Shown one piece after another: positions 47,486-58,069 of a DNA stretch of 64,000 bases; position 1 is the first letter of the stretch, and the number at the start of each line of letters is the position of its first letter. Made by a program: the position numbers and the translations under genes. Below the pieces are notes generated by a model that was not told the origin of the DNA, did not search any database, and saw only the letters and a list, made by a program, of their open reading frames with translations. The DNA comes from Candidatus Kerfeldbacteria bacterium (GTDB lineage: Bacteria; Patescibacteriota; Patescibacteriia; UBA10025; JAHIVO01), in NCBI GenBank assembly GCA_047946875.1, contig CP181398.1, forward strand, positions 841,041-905,040, in the 5' to 3' direction.

Positions 47486-49921
47486 TTATTTTCTTTTTTC
47501 TGCTTTTACTATATCAATTGTAGTTTTGATTACAGTATCTGGTATAAGAGACATACTATCAATATCTTCTTTGGCAATAAATCTTGCAAACTCTGGATAG
47601 TCAGATGGCGCTTGTCCACAAATACCAATTTTTCTCTTATTTTTTCTAGCAGCCTTAATCACATCTCTAACCAATCTTTTAACAGCATCGTTACGTTCAT
47701 CATAGATATGAGCCACCAACTCTGAATCACGATCAACTCCCAAAGCTAATTGCGTAAGATCATTAGATCCTATAGAAAAACCATCGAAAATCTTGGAAAA
47801 CTGATCGGCTAAAATAACATTAGCAGGTATCTCACACATAACATAAACTTCTAGCTTATTCTTGCCTCTTTCTAAACCATATTTTTTCATTGTGGCTAAT
47901 ACTTTTTTACCTTCTTCGACAGTTCTACAAAATGGTACCATTACTTTTAGATTATTTAGACCCATTTTCTCTCGTACTCTACGAATAGCTTCACACTCTA
48001 AGGCAAAGGCAGGTTCGTAGTTTGGATCGTAATACCTTGAAGCTCCGCGCCAACCAATCATCGGATTACTCTCTTCTGGTTCAAAATATTTACCACCAAC
48101 TAAACTTGCATACTCATTAGATTTGAAATCAGAAAATCTTAAAATAACATCTTTAGGATAAAATGCTGCAGCGATACGTCCAATACCTTCTGCTAATTTT
48201 TGAATATAGAATTCCGGTTTAGATTTATATCCATCAGTTGCTTCTTCAATTATTTTTCTTTCTGCTAGATCAGTAACTTTATTAAACTTCAATAATGCTA
48301 ATGGATGAATCTTAATATAAGATGTAATAATAAATTCTTCACGAGCCAATCCTACACCATCATTGGGAATCAATGAATCAGCAAAGGCTGTTTCTGGATT
48401 ACCCACGTTCATCATAATCTTAGTACGTGGTCTCTTCAAAGTTTTTAAGTTTGTTTTCTTGATAGTAAATGGCATCTTACCTTTATAAACAAATCCACGC
48501 TCACCTTCAGCGCAAGATATTGTAACAATACCTCCTTTTTTTAAATCCTCAGTAGCAGTAGACGTACCTACTACACAAGGCACTCCTAACTCACGAGAGA
48601 TAATAGCGGCATGACAAGTTCGTCCACCAGAATTTGTTACTATAGCAGCTGCTTTCTTCATAATTGGCTCCCAGTCCGGATCAGTCATTTCTGTAACCAA
48701 CACCTCTCCCTCTTTAAACTGATGAATATCTTTAACGTCTTTAATGATATGTACTGGCCCAACTGCAATCTTGGATCCAACTGAAGCTCCTTCAGTTAAT
48801 ACGGTACCTCGCTTGTCCAAAATATATGATATTAATTCATTTGGGTTTTGCTGACTTGTTACAGTCTCTGGTCTAGCTTGCACAATAAATAGCTGACCAG
48901 TTTGACCATCTTTAGCCCATTCCATATCCATTGGCTTGAAATGACCCGCTTTGGCAGAATAATGATCCTCAATAATCATTGCCCATTTAGCAAGTTTTAA
49001 TATTTCATTGTCAGTTAAAGAATATTTTTTTCTATCAGCTTTAGATACAGGGACGTTCTTAACTGGCTTATTACCAGTATCTGCATAAATCATTTTGATT
49101 TCTTTACTACCAAGAGTCCTGCCAATAATGGGTCTAAATCCTTGTTTTAATGTTGGCTTATGAACATAAAACTCATCTGGTGTTACAGCACCTTGTACAA
49201 CATTTTCACCAAGTCCATAAGCTGAGTTAATTAGTACAGCATCTTTGAATCCTGACTCTGTATCAATGGAAAACATAACTCCAGAAGATGCTAAATCAGA
49301 ACGTACCATTTTTTGTACGGCGATTGATAAATAAACATCAAACTGGCCAAAACCTTTAGTCTTACGATAAGAAATAGCACGGTTAGTAAATAGTGATGCA
49401 AAACAAGCTTTACATGATTCTATTAATGCGTGAGCTCCATGTACATTTAAATATGTTTCCTGTTGTCCAGCAAAAGAAGCGTCAGGCAAATCTTCAGCAG
49501 TAGCACTTGATCGAACTGCCGTATCCACATTAGCTATTTTATATTGTTTTGATAATTTTTTATAAGCAGCTACTATTTCATCCTGTAATTCTTGTGGAAA
49601 ATGAGCGTGCATAATAATATCCCGTACTTTCCTACCCCTTTCGTACAAATTTTTCAAATTATGAGTATCTAAACCGCTTAAAGCCCTTTCAATATCATCA
49701 TGAATTCTTGCTTTTTTTAATAAATATTTATATGCATATGATGTAATAGCAAATCCATTTGGCACTTTAACACCTTTCTTAGCCAATTCTCGATACATCT
49801 CACCCAATGAGGCATTTTTACCTCCAACTAGTGCTATATCCTTAATTGTTATTTCATCAAACCAAAGAATAAAACGTTTATTTCTTGAAACAGTACGTTT
49901 TGTTTTTTTTGCTTTTGCCAT
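47486..49921 (-). CDS. ppsA: Phosphoenolpyruvate synthase (pyruvate, water dikinase)
   Basis: 811 aa with N-terminal ATP-grasp, phospho-His domain GGRTCHAAIISRELGVPCVVG, and C-terminal PEP-utilising TIM barrel. Confidence 0.9.
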   Translation of the reverse strand: MAKAKKTKRTVSRNKRFILWFDEITIKDIALVGGKNASLGEMYRELAKKGVKVPNGFAITSYAYKYLLKKARIHDDIERALSGLDTHNLKNLYERGRKVRDIIMHAHFPQELQDEIVAAYKKLSKQYKIANVDTAVRSSATAEDLPDASFAGQQETYLNVHGAHALIESCKACFASLFTNRAISYRKTKGFGQFDVYLSIAVQKMVRSDLASSGVMFSIDTESGFKDAVLINSAYGLGENVVQGAVTPDEFYVHKPTLKQGFRPIIGRTLGSKEIKMIYADTGNKPVKNVPVSKADRKKYSLTDNEILKLAKWAMIIEDHYSAKAGHFKPMDMEWAKDGQTGQLFIVQARPETVTSQQNPNELISYILDKRGTVLTEGASVGSKIAVGPVHIIKDVKDIHQFKEGEVLVTEMTDPDWEPIMKKAAAIVTNSGGRTCHAAIISRELGVPCVVGTSTATEDLKKGGIVTISCAEGERGFVYKGKMPFTIKKTNLKTLKRPRTKIMMNVGNPETAFADSLIPNDGVGLAREEFIITSYIKIHPLALLKFNKVTDLAERKIIEEATDGYKSKPEFYIQKLAEGIGRIAAAFYPKDVILRFSDFKSNEYASLVGGKYFEPEESNPMIGWRGASRYYDPNYEPAFALECEAIRRVREKMGLNNLKVMVPFCRTVEEGKKVLATMKKYGLERGKNKLEVYVMCEIPANVILADQFSKIFDGFSIGSNDLTQLALGVDRDSELVAHIYDERNDAVKRLVRDVIKAARKNKRKIGICGQAPSDYPEFARFIAKEDIDSMSLIPDTVIKTTIDIVKAEKRK

Positions 49922-50018
49922 ACAAAATTTAAAATTAATTTATTAAGATAATATCATTATAACACAAAAAAAGCCTAAAGTTAAAATAACTTAAGACTTT
50001 TTTTATAATTCAAAAAAA

Positions 50019-50369
50019 TTAAATGTTAATTTTTTCTGCTAAATCACCAACTACGGGAATTCTGTATTTCTCTCCTGATAAAGCTTTAATAAATCCTATT
50101 ATTTCTAATACAATAATTACCAACCATAGTGCCCATCCAATTATTGGAATGACGCCGATGAATGAAGCAATAAATAATATTACTCCTTGCTTAGCATGAA
50201 AATTTACAAATTTATCATCTTTTTTGATGATTAACATTACAATACTAATTATCCAGATATAAGAAAGTGCTGCCATCAAATTACTGTCTGAATTTGTTGG
50301 AGCTTGACCTCCATCATTAGGCTGTTTGTTATCTGAATCTACTGTTGACATTGGTTTGTCTGCTGTCAT
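50019..50369 (-). CDS. DUF4870-family small membrane protein
   Basis: LMAALSYIWIISIVMLIIKKDDKFVNFHAKQGVILFI matches the DUF4870 signature. Start placed at internal MTADKPM. Overlaps the upstream gene end by ~40 nt. Confidence 0.5.
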   Translation of the reverse strand: MTADKPMSTVDSDNKQPNDGGQAPTNSDSNLMAALSYIWIISIVMLIIKKDDKFVNFHAKQGVILFIASFIGVIPIIGWALWLVIIVLEIIGFIKALSGEKYRIPVVGDLAEKINI

Positions 50370-50829
50370 ATATTCCACCCCCTTTCGATTTATTATTATC
50401 TCTTTTTGATAATAAATTTTTAAATAATAAGAAAAATGTAAAACTTGATACTGCACCAACTACTGTGATAATAAACGGCTGAATTATTAAGCTCAATAAA
50501 TATACAAATTCATGAAACCAGATTATTTCAAAAATTGCAAGTCCAATACCGCCACCAATACCTATAAAAATACTTGCTACCAAAGCTGTATTGAATTCTA
50601 ATCGCCTTATTCTTAATAACCAAAAACTAAATACAATGAATACAAACACTTCAATAATCCAGTGTCCATATTCATAAACATTAAACGTAATATTTATTAC
50701 CTCTAATACTATTAGCAATAAAATAAACCATTTAACAGTCTGCCAATAAAAACTCAAACTTTTCCCAGCAATCAATGATTCATCGCCAGATAACTTTACT
50801 TTATTTTCTAAGTTTTTCTTATCTGTCAT
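50329..50829 (-). CDS. Hypothetical 4-TM membrane protein
   Basis: 166-aa ORF with four hydrophobic helices, overlapping the next gene in another frame. Confidence 0.4.
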   Translation of the reverse strand: MTDKKNLENKVKLSGDESLIAGKSLSFYWQTVKWFILLLIVLEVINITFNVYEYGHWIIEVFVFIVFSFWLLRIRRLEFNTALVASIFIGIGGGIGLAIFEIIWFHEFVYLLSLIIQPFIITVVGAVSSFTFFLLFKNLLSKRDNNKSKGGGIYDSRQTNVNSRFR

Positions 50830-50882
50830 AAATATTATTCAATACTTATTCCTATTTATAGTATAACGCATTTTAAATATAA

Positions 50883-50912
50883 ATAAAACAAAACCCTCGA
50901 ATAAACGAGGGC
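50883..50912 (-). terminator. Intrinsic terminator of the groESL operon
   Basis: Minus-strand CCCUCGUUUAUUCGAGGG followed by UUUUGUUUUAUUU. Confidence 0.65.
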
Positions 50913-51038
50913 CTGTTCTAAATATTAAACATATAATTGCTCGCGAGGATACGGGTCTTGTGGGTCCCGATCCGAGCGAAACATATGATTTGCGGAAAGC
51001 ATTGAAAACCACTTTCTTAAAGGGGTTTTCAAAGATTT

Positions 51039-52694
<1,656 letters not shown>

Positions 52695-52773
52695 TTAGTA
52701 TTTAAATTTCCGGCATAGCCGGATCAGGCCTGCCTGCCGGTAGGCGGGCTCTGCCTGAATTAATTATTAACAG

Positions 52774-53049
52774 TTAGACAACCTTTGCTAACACATCTTC
52801 ATCTTTAAGAACTTTATGTTCGACATCGTCAATGGTAACTTCCTCTCCAGAATATTTACCAAAAATTACCTTGTCGCCTTCTTTTAGACCAAGTTTTATT
52901 ATTTTCTCTCCATCACCAATAGCTATTATCTCTCCCTCTTCTTTCTTTTCTTTCTCAACTGTATCAGGTAAAACAATTCCTGATTTTGTTACTTCTTCTT
53001 CTGTGACTGGTTTGACGATTACTCTATCGCCCAATGGTTGTAATTTCAT
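52774..53049 (-). CDS. groES: Co-chaperonin GroES
   Basis: MKLQPLGDRVIVKP...GEIIAIGDG typical GroES. Confidence 0.9.
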   Translation of the reverse strand: MKLQPLGDRVIVKPVTEEEVTKSGIVLPDTVEKEKKEEGEIIAIGDGEKIIKLGLKEGDKVIFGKYSGEEVTIDDVEHKVLKDEDVLAKVV

Positions 53050-53086
53050 ATTTTAGACTTATTTTAATTATTAAATTGTCTCTAAT

Positions 53087-53113
53087 TTAGCACTCAACCT
53101 TATAGAGTGCTAA
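53087..53113. promoter_or_regulatory. CIRCE operator (HrcA binding site) upstream of groES
   Basis: Perfect TTAGCACTC-N9-GAGTGCTAA inverted repeat. Confidence 0.85.
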
Positions 53114-53129
53114 TTAACTTGTGATATAT

Positions 53130-53158
53130 ATTGTATATATACTCTAAATATTTGTCAA
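53130..53158 (-). promoter_or_regulatory. Sigma-70-like groESL promoter
   Basis: Minus-strand TTGACA - 17 nt - TACAAT directly upstream of CIRCE. Confidence 0.5.
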
Positions 53159-53439
53159 CCATTACAACTACTACTTCTGTGAATAACTAATTTTTTTTAT
53201 TATTATACCTAATATTAGCCAATAAATTAATCCTAATCCTTCACCATTTTAAAAAAAGTTAAAAAAATAGTGAAGCAGAATGATTCCACAATATTATATT
53301 ATTGTGGGACTTGGCTCAATAAAAACGTAGTGGCTTTGAGCCAAGAATAATAATGAGATATTTTTTGTTATTTTTTTTAAACAGGTGAAAACTCTTTGGT
53401 ACTTTCTAGTTACAGAAAGTACGAAAAGAAAAGCTAGCA

Positions 53440-53616
53440 CACTATTTAAATCAACATAATCCTCTACAATTCCACCGGCCCATTATCCCTCTGAGTGCAA
53501 CTAAAGAATCTTATCGTCAAAGGTGATGCAATGCCGCCTTCGGCGGAGATTCTCACGTCCCTTTCGACTTCGCTCAAGGTCCTCAGAATGACAATAAGTA
53601 GATGCTAACGAAATTA
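53440..53616. ncRNA. GC-rich structured region (candidate small RNA or 3'-UTR element; strand and identity unresolved)
   Basis: ~50% GC over ~170 nt. Stable hairpins including CCGCC-UUC-GGCGG (plus strand) and flanking CUCUGAG/CUCAGA repeats. Two more hairpins lie at 53300-53345. No ORF. Confidence 0.25.
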
Positions 53617-54939
53617 TTAAGAAATATAAATATTAATTTTCTTCACACACAACCCCATCACCAACCAAAAAAACATACTACCAAATGAAAGACTCCAAAG
53701 ATAATGATCAAATAAACCAATAACTATTAATGAAATAAATAATACGAGCATTATTGAATGCCAGTTATTAATATCTTTTTCTTTGAAAATTGCTTCGTAT
53801 AAACTCTTAGCTACCCAAAATAATAAAACTAAAAAAATTGCCACACCAAAGATACCTAATTCTACTGCTGCCAATAAATAAATATTATGGACAGGCTGAT
53901 AATCCCAAGCCTCATGAGTCGTATCAATATCATATAAAGCGCCAGTATAGCCACCTATTCCAGCACCTTTGTACCAGTGTCGCTTAAATAGATCGCCGGC
54001 TTCTGTATAATATTCAGAACGCTCTACAGACGACATCTCTTCCAATCTCCCACCTTCCAACCTAGTTTGCCAAACTTCTGGTAGCATAAATACTGTTGTA
54101 ATAACTATTAATAAAATTAGCAACCCAGAAATTCCAATCACCTTAAGTCTATCTTTATTTTTTTGCCAGAGATAAATAGCAAACAGAATCAAAAATCCTA
54201 AAACAAAAACCAACCAAGCTGACCTAGAAAAAGTTAGGATTAAAGCAAAAAACATTATACCCATCGCAACTAAGCTATAAGTGCGTTGCCATATATATTT
54301 TCGTTGGCCCATTTTGGCAGTCATAAAGACACCAATCAATATTAATAAACAAATAACTAACCACCCTGCCAAAATATTTGGGTGAGGTAAGGCACCATAG
54401 GCTTTTAACCAGCGGCCACTACTCGTCTCGATAACAAAATCACCTAATATACTTGGATCGTGTTCAGCTAAACCAAACCATTTATTAGCAAAAACCTTTT
54501 GTATTACAAATTGATAAATGCCTAATCCAGCTTGAATAACTCCAGAAATTATAAATGCACCAGCTAATTTATGCCAATCAAATTTAATTTTTAATACTAA
54601 CCAAAATAATAAAATACCCTCCAAAACTTTACCAAACCAAAACCATGAAATTTCTTTGTTCTGTGCTATTAAGGATGATGCAAATATTAATAATAAAAAA
54701 CTTAAGATAATAACCCAATATTTTTTTATAGTTACAAAAACTTTTTGCCTACTAATTAACAAAGCTAAAATCACAATAATAATTAGTATTATATCCACTG
54801 CATACAAACTAAAACTGCCATATTCCCAATACTGCCCATTTAATAATTCCTCATGCCAAATCCATCTTGTCTGCCAAGGCAACAATATAATAAAAACATA
54901 AAAAATATATTCTAAGGATTTTTCAAATAAATATCTCAT
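53617..54939 (-). CDS. O-antigen ligase (Wzy_C)-family polytopic membrane protein
   Basis: ~12 TM with the periplasmic-loop signature YQPVHNIYLLAAVELGIFG (HN.YL....E.G). Confidence 0.55.
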   Translation of the reverse strand: MRYLFEKSLEYIFYVFIILLPWQTRWIWHEELLNGQYWEYGSFSLYAVDIILIIIVILALLISRQKVFVTIKKYWVIILSFLLLIFASSLIAQNKEISWFWFGKVLEGILLFWLVLKIKFDWHKLAGAFIISGVIQAGLGIYQFVIQKVFANKWFGLAEHDPSILGDFVIETSSGRWLKAYGALPHPNILAGWLVICLLILIGVFMTAKMGQRKYIWQRTYSLVAMGIMFFALILTFSRSAWLVFVLGFLILFAIYLWQKNKDRLKVIGISGLLILLIVITTVFMLPEVWQTRLEGGRLEEMSSVERSEYYTEAGDLFKRHWYKGAGIGGYTGALYDIDTTHEAWDYQPVHNIYLLAAVELGIFGVAIFLVLLFWVAKSLYEAIFKEKDINNWHSIMLVLFISLIVIGLFDHYLWSLSFGSMFFWLVMGLCVKKINIYIS

Positions 54940-55856
54940 ATTATTTCACTTTTACGAGTCTCCCATTTTTGTAAAAAAATCTCCCGGCGATCATTATCAT
55001 GAAATTTTAAAACATTATCATTAACTACTACTCTAGTATCTTTATTTGCTAATTTGCTTAAATTAGCTGGCATTATCTTTAATTGATAATTTTTAAATAT
55101 TTTTTCAGGAAAAAATGTTAAAACAAAGTCAATAATTACTTTAAATAATTTAACTTTACTAAGTGATCGTTTTTTTACAGGATTAATTTGTAATGTATTT
55201 GGCAATATCTTTTTGGTCCAAGTATTAGCAGAAACAAATTTATCATAAATATCATAATTATATACTGGTATGATCTGCGTTATCCAATACAATAAATATA
55301 TATCATTTTTTATAGAGAATTTTTCTAAATTTAAATGATCCTCATCTACAAAAAATGACGAACAAATAGTATCTTTACTTTTGTTATTGCTTGGTCGCAT
55401 TTTAAAAAGTTTTAAAAATCCTGCTACCCAAAATCTAGATTGCCAAACTCTATTTCTCTTAGTCACTATAAATAAATCTATATCTGATTCATCCCTACTA
55501 TTACTAAATGCCAACGTATTACAAATTGCGACCATTTTTACAAAAGGTGCAAATCTTAATATCTTGATTACATTAAGTGCTCTTCTATATTTTTTCTCAG
55601 CCAATGAATATCTCTGACGACGAATATTGATTATATCTTTCCGTCCTCTAAAAAAATAGTGCCCCTGGCTAAATTCAATCTTACTTTGCAAATAATCGCT
55701 ATCGCTCAAAATACTCTTAACATCAAATAAAGACACACTTTTAATCTCGTCATTATTAAAAACTAACCACTTCCAAATCTCCATATCCGTTAACGGATAA
55801 TCAAAAATATCAAAATATGCAACAGTATCAATAATGGCTTTCTCTAAATCTTTCAT
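54936..55856 (-). CDS. Hypothetical protein with possible nucleotidyltransferase-like motif
   Basis: 306 aa. FSNSRDESDIDLFIV resembles the Pol-beta-type NTase hG[GS]-x-D.D signature. Weak assignment. Confidence 0.3.
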   Translation of the reverse strand: MKDLEKAIIDTVAYFDIFDYPLTDMEIWKWLVFNNDEIKSVSLFDVKSILSDSDYLQSKIEFSQGHYFFRGRKDIINIRRQRYSLAEKKYRRALNVIKILRFAPFVKMVAICNTLAFSNSRDESDIDLFIVTKRNRVWQSRFWVAGFLKLFKMRPSNNKSKDTICSSFFVDEDHLNLEKFSIKNDIYLLYWITQIIPVYNYDIYDKFVSANTWTKKILPNTLQINPVKKRSLSKVKLFKVIIDFVLTFFPEKIFKNYQLKIMPANLSKLANKDTRVVVNDNVLKFHDNDRREIFLQKWETRKSEII

Positions 55857-55906
55857 ATCCTTTATTATATCTGATTACTGAACAAAAAGAAAAAGCTTAG
55901 TAATAG

Positions 55907-56139
55907 CTAATCCCTTGGTTTGAGCGGCCGAAAAGCTGACTCTTTTTTAACGTGACCATCATAAGTAAATCTAGCGCCATGACACGGACAATCCCAAGTC
56001 TTATCCATTTCACATGACAATCTCCGTGTGTACAATGACTATCAAACTTCCATAGTTTTCCATCGTTATTACGACAAACCGCTAAATTCTCTTCCTTAAT
56101 TACTTTGCCTTCATTATTTTTTATGTCTTCGTAACTCAT
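55907..56139 (-). pseudogene. Rieske [2Fe-2S] domain gene interrupted by a frameshift/deletion
   Basis: Frame 1 encodes ...[23 protein letters not shown] (Rieske box 1, CxH..C). Box 2 [25 protein letters not shown] is in the +2 frame, only ~9 codons downstream. Normal spacing is 13-17 aa. Confidence 0.5.
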
Positions 56140-56948
56140 TGATTTTTATTAGATTTTTTATTAATTAGATATGCAGTGAAATAAATTATAAAAAATATTG
56201 GTGATAAGACTACAAGAAAAGGAATTGTAATATCCTGAACTGATACTAAGTATCCTGCAATCAATAATCCTATTGCCTGAACGATGGCATGAATTATTGC
56301 TATCTTTTTATTAAAATTACTTACTAGTATAAAAGTATATAGAGCTAGAAAAATAAAATCTCCAACTCCCAAACTAATATCTCCTACAGTTACCGAAGGA
56401 AAAGCGAAAAATGGAAAAGGACTTGCAGTTACCTTAGTGTATTTATCAAATACCTGTGTAACAAAATAAACGTCATAAGGCATCCAAATCGCTGTTAATA
56501 AAAAAACTAACCATGTTTTTATAATCCCTGACCGAACCAAATAAGCCGTACCTCCAATAGTCGCCAATATTATTATTAAATTAAAAGTTACAAAAGATTC
56601 TATTGAATAATGTAATGAGAAAATTCCAATAACTAATAAAATTGATAATAACACATTCAACCAATTTTTCTTTATCCAATACATAAACAAGAAAAAGAAA
56701 GTTTCGAATAAAAGTAATCCTAATACCAGGGCCATTAATCTAGATGCTCTCTGTAATCCATCAAAGTTAATAATAATTTGCCAAACCATGATCGATATAG
56801 CCAAAAATAAAACCACTGACTCTACAGTTGCTTTATTTGGCAATCTATCTCTTAATGTTTTCTTGTCTGGAATAATTTTATAATAAAACACACTTAAGAT
56901 ACCAGCGCCCAGAAACATTAAACTCAAATATACAAAATTTAAATTCAT
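56136..56948 (-). CDS. Polytopic membrane protein with YD...GxGD...PxL motifs (presenilin/SPP-like intramembrane aspartyl protease candidate)
   Basis: 8-9 TM. YDVYFV in one TM, GVGDFIF in the next, PFL in a later TM. The order matches the A22 family. Confidence 0.35.
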   Translation of the reverse strand: MNLNFVYLSLMFLGAGILSVFYYKIIPDKKTLRDRLPNKATVESVVLFLAISIMVWQIIINFDGLQRASRLMALVLGLLLFETFFFLFMYWIKKNWLNVLLSILLVIGIFSLHYSIESFVTFNLIIILATIGGTAYLVRSGIIKTWLVFLLTAIWMPYDVYFVTQVFDKYTKVTASPFPFFAFPSVTVGDISLGVGDFIFLALYTFILVSNFNKKIAIIHAIVQAIGLLIAGYLVSVQDITIPFLVVLSPIFFIIYFTAYLINKKSNKNQ

Positions 56949-56999
56949 AGTAGAAAATTACTTATGTCTTCGTAGCTCATAGTGCTATAATAATATCAT

Positions 57000-57719
57000 A
57001 TGGATGATAATAAGAAAAAAATTGGGGTTTTACTAATTCACGGCTTTACCTCATTCCGTGCAAGTTTGGAAATATTAATTCCTGAATTAGATAAAAAGAA
57101 TATACCCTGGCATTATCCAATACTAGCTGGTCATAATACCAAACCAGAAGATCTAGAAGGCAAAACATGGGAACACTGGCAAAAAGATGTAGAAGATGGA
57201 TTAAACTATTTACTGCCTATCTGCGAACAAATAATAATTATTGGACTATCTATGGGAGCCTTATTATCATTAGAATTAGCAGCAAAATACCCTGACAAAA
57301 TTAAAAGTTTAATATTGCTATCACCGGCCTTAAAATTTAAAAATCCATTAGCAAAATACACTTCCCAAGTAACTAAATATATAAAAAAAGTTCCCGGAAT
57401 TAATTTATTTAGATTTAGCACAATAAAACTTGCTGAATCACAAAAAGGATATTCTTGGTTTCCATTAAAAACCTTTCATCAATATTGGCTCCGAACTCAA
57501 CACTTTGATTCCGTATTAGAAAAAATCGTACAGCCCACTACTATCTTTCATTCAAAGAAAGATCGATTAGCAGATCCTGCTGGTGCTGAATATATATACA
57601 ATAAAATAAAAGCAAAAGACAAACAAATTATCTGGCTAAAAAAATCTGGTCATGAAGTTTTATTAGATACAGAAACACAAGAAATAGTAACTAAAATAAG
57701 CTCTTTAATTAATACTTGA
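57000..57719 (+). CDS. Alpha/beta-hydrolase fold esterase/lipase
   Basis: HGF oxyanion motif, GLSMGA (GxSxG) nucleophile elbow, C-terminal GHEV catalytic His. Confidence 0.7.
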   Translation: MDDNKKKIGVLLIHGFTSFRASLEILIPELDKKNIPWHYPILAGHNTKPEDLEGKTWEHWQKDVEDGLNYLLPICEQIIIIGLSMGALLSLELAAKYPDKIKSLILLSPALKFKNPLAKYTSQVTKYIKKVPGINLFRFSTIKLAESQKGYSWFPLKTFHQYWLRTQHFDSVLEKIVQPTTIFHSKKDRLADPAGAEYIYNKIKAKDKQIIWLKKSGHEVLLDTETQEIVTKISSLINT

Positions 57720-57788
57720 CATATATAAAGAGTTAGATTAAAGTACTATTACAATAAAAAATAAAAACGCATATTCATAGGAGGAATA

Positions 57789-57995
57789 ATGCTCATACTT
57801 ACAAGAAGGTTAGGAGAGTCTATTACTATCGGAGACGATATTAAAGTCTCAGTGCTTGGGATTCATGGTAGACAGGTTAGGATTGGCATACAGGCCCCAG
57901 AGGATGTTGTCGTACATAGAGAAGAGATCTATATAAAAATCAAAGACGACAAAGCAAAAGTCGCAGCAAAAGAAAAAAAACCGCCCTCATCTTAG
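57789..57995 (+). CDS. csrA: Carbon storage regulator CsrA
   Basis: [48 protein letters not shown] with a Lys-rich C-terminal extension. GGAGG RBS. Confidence 0.85.
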   Translation: MLILTRRLGESITIGDDIKVSVLGIHGRQVRIGIQAPEDVVVHREEIYIKIKDDKAKVAAKEKKPPSS

Positions 57996-58034
57996 ATAAA
58001 TAACATTATCAAAAGAATAAAAACATACCCTTCA

Positions 58035-58069
58035 AAACTCGACAATAAAAAGTCGAGTTTTATTTTTTA
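58035..58069. terminator. Bidirectional intrinsic terminator between csrA and uvrA
   Basis: aaactcgac aataaaaa gtcgagttt hairpin followed by T-run, with an A-run on the other side. Confidence 0.65.

Noticed and set aside
47471-47725. Plus-strand 84-aa ORF
   Set aside because: It is antisense to the 3' end of ppsA and has no RBS.
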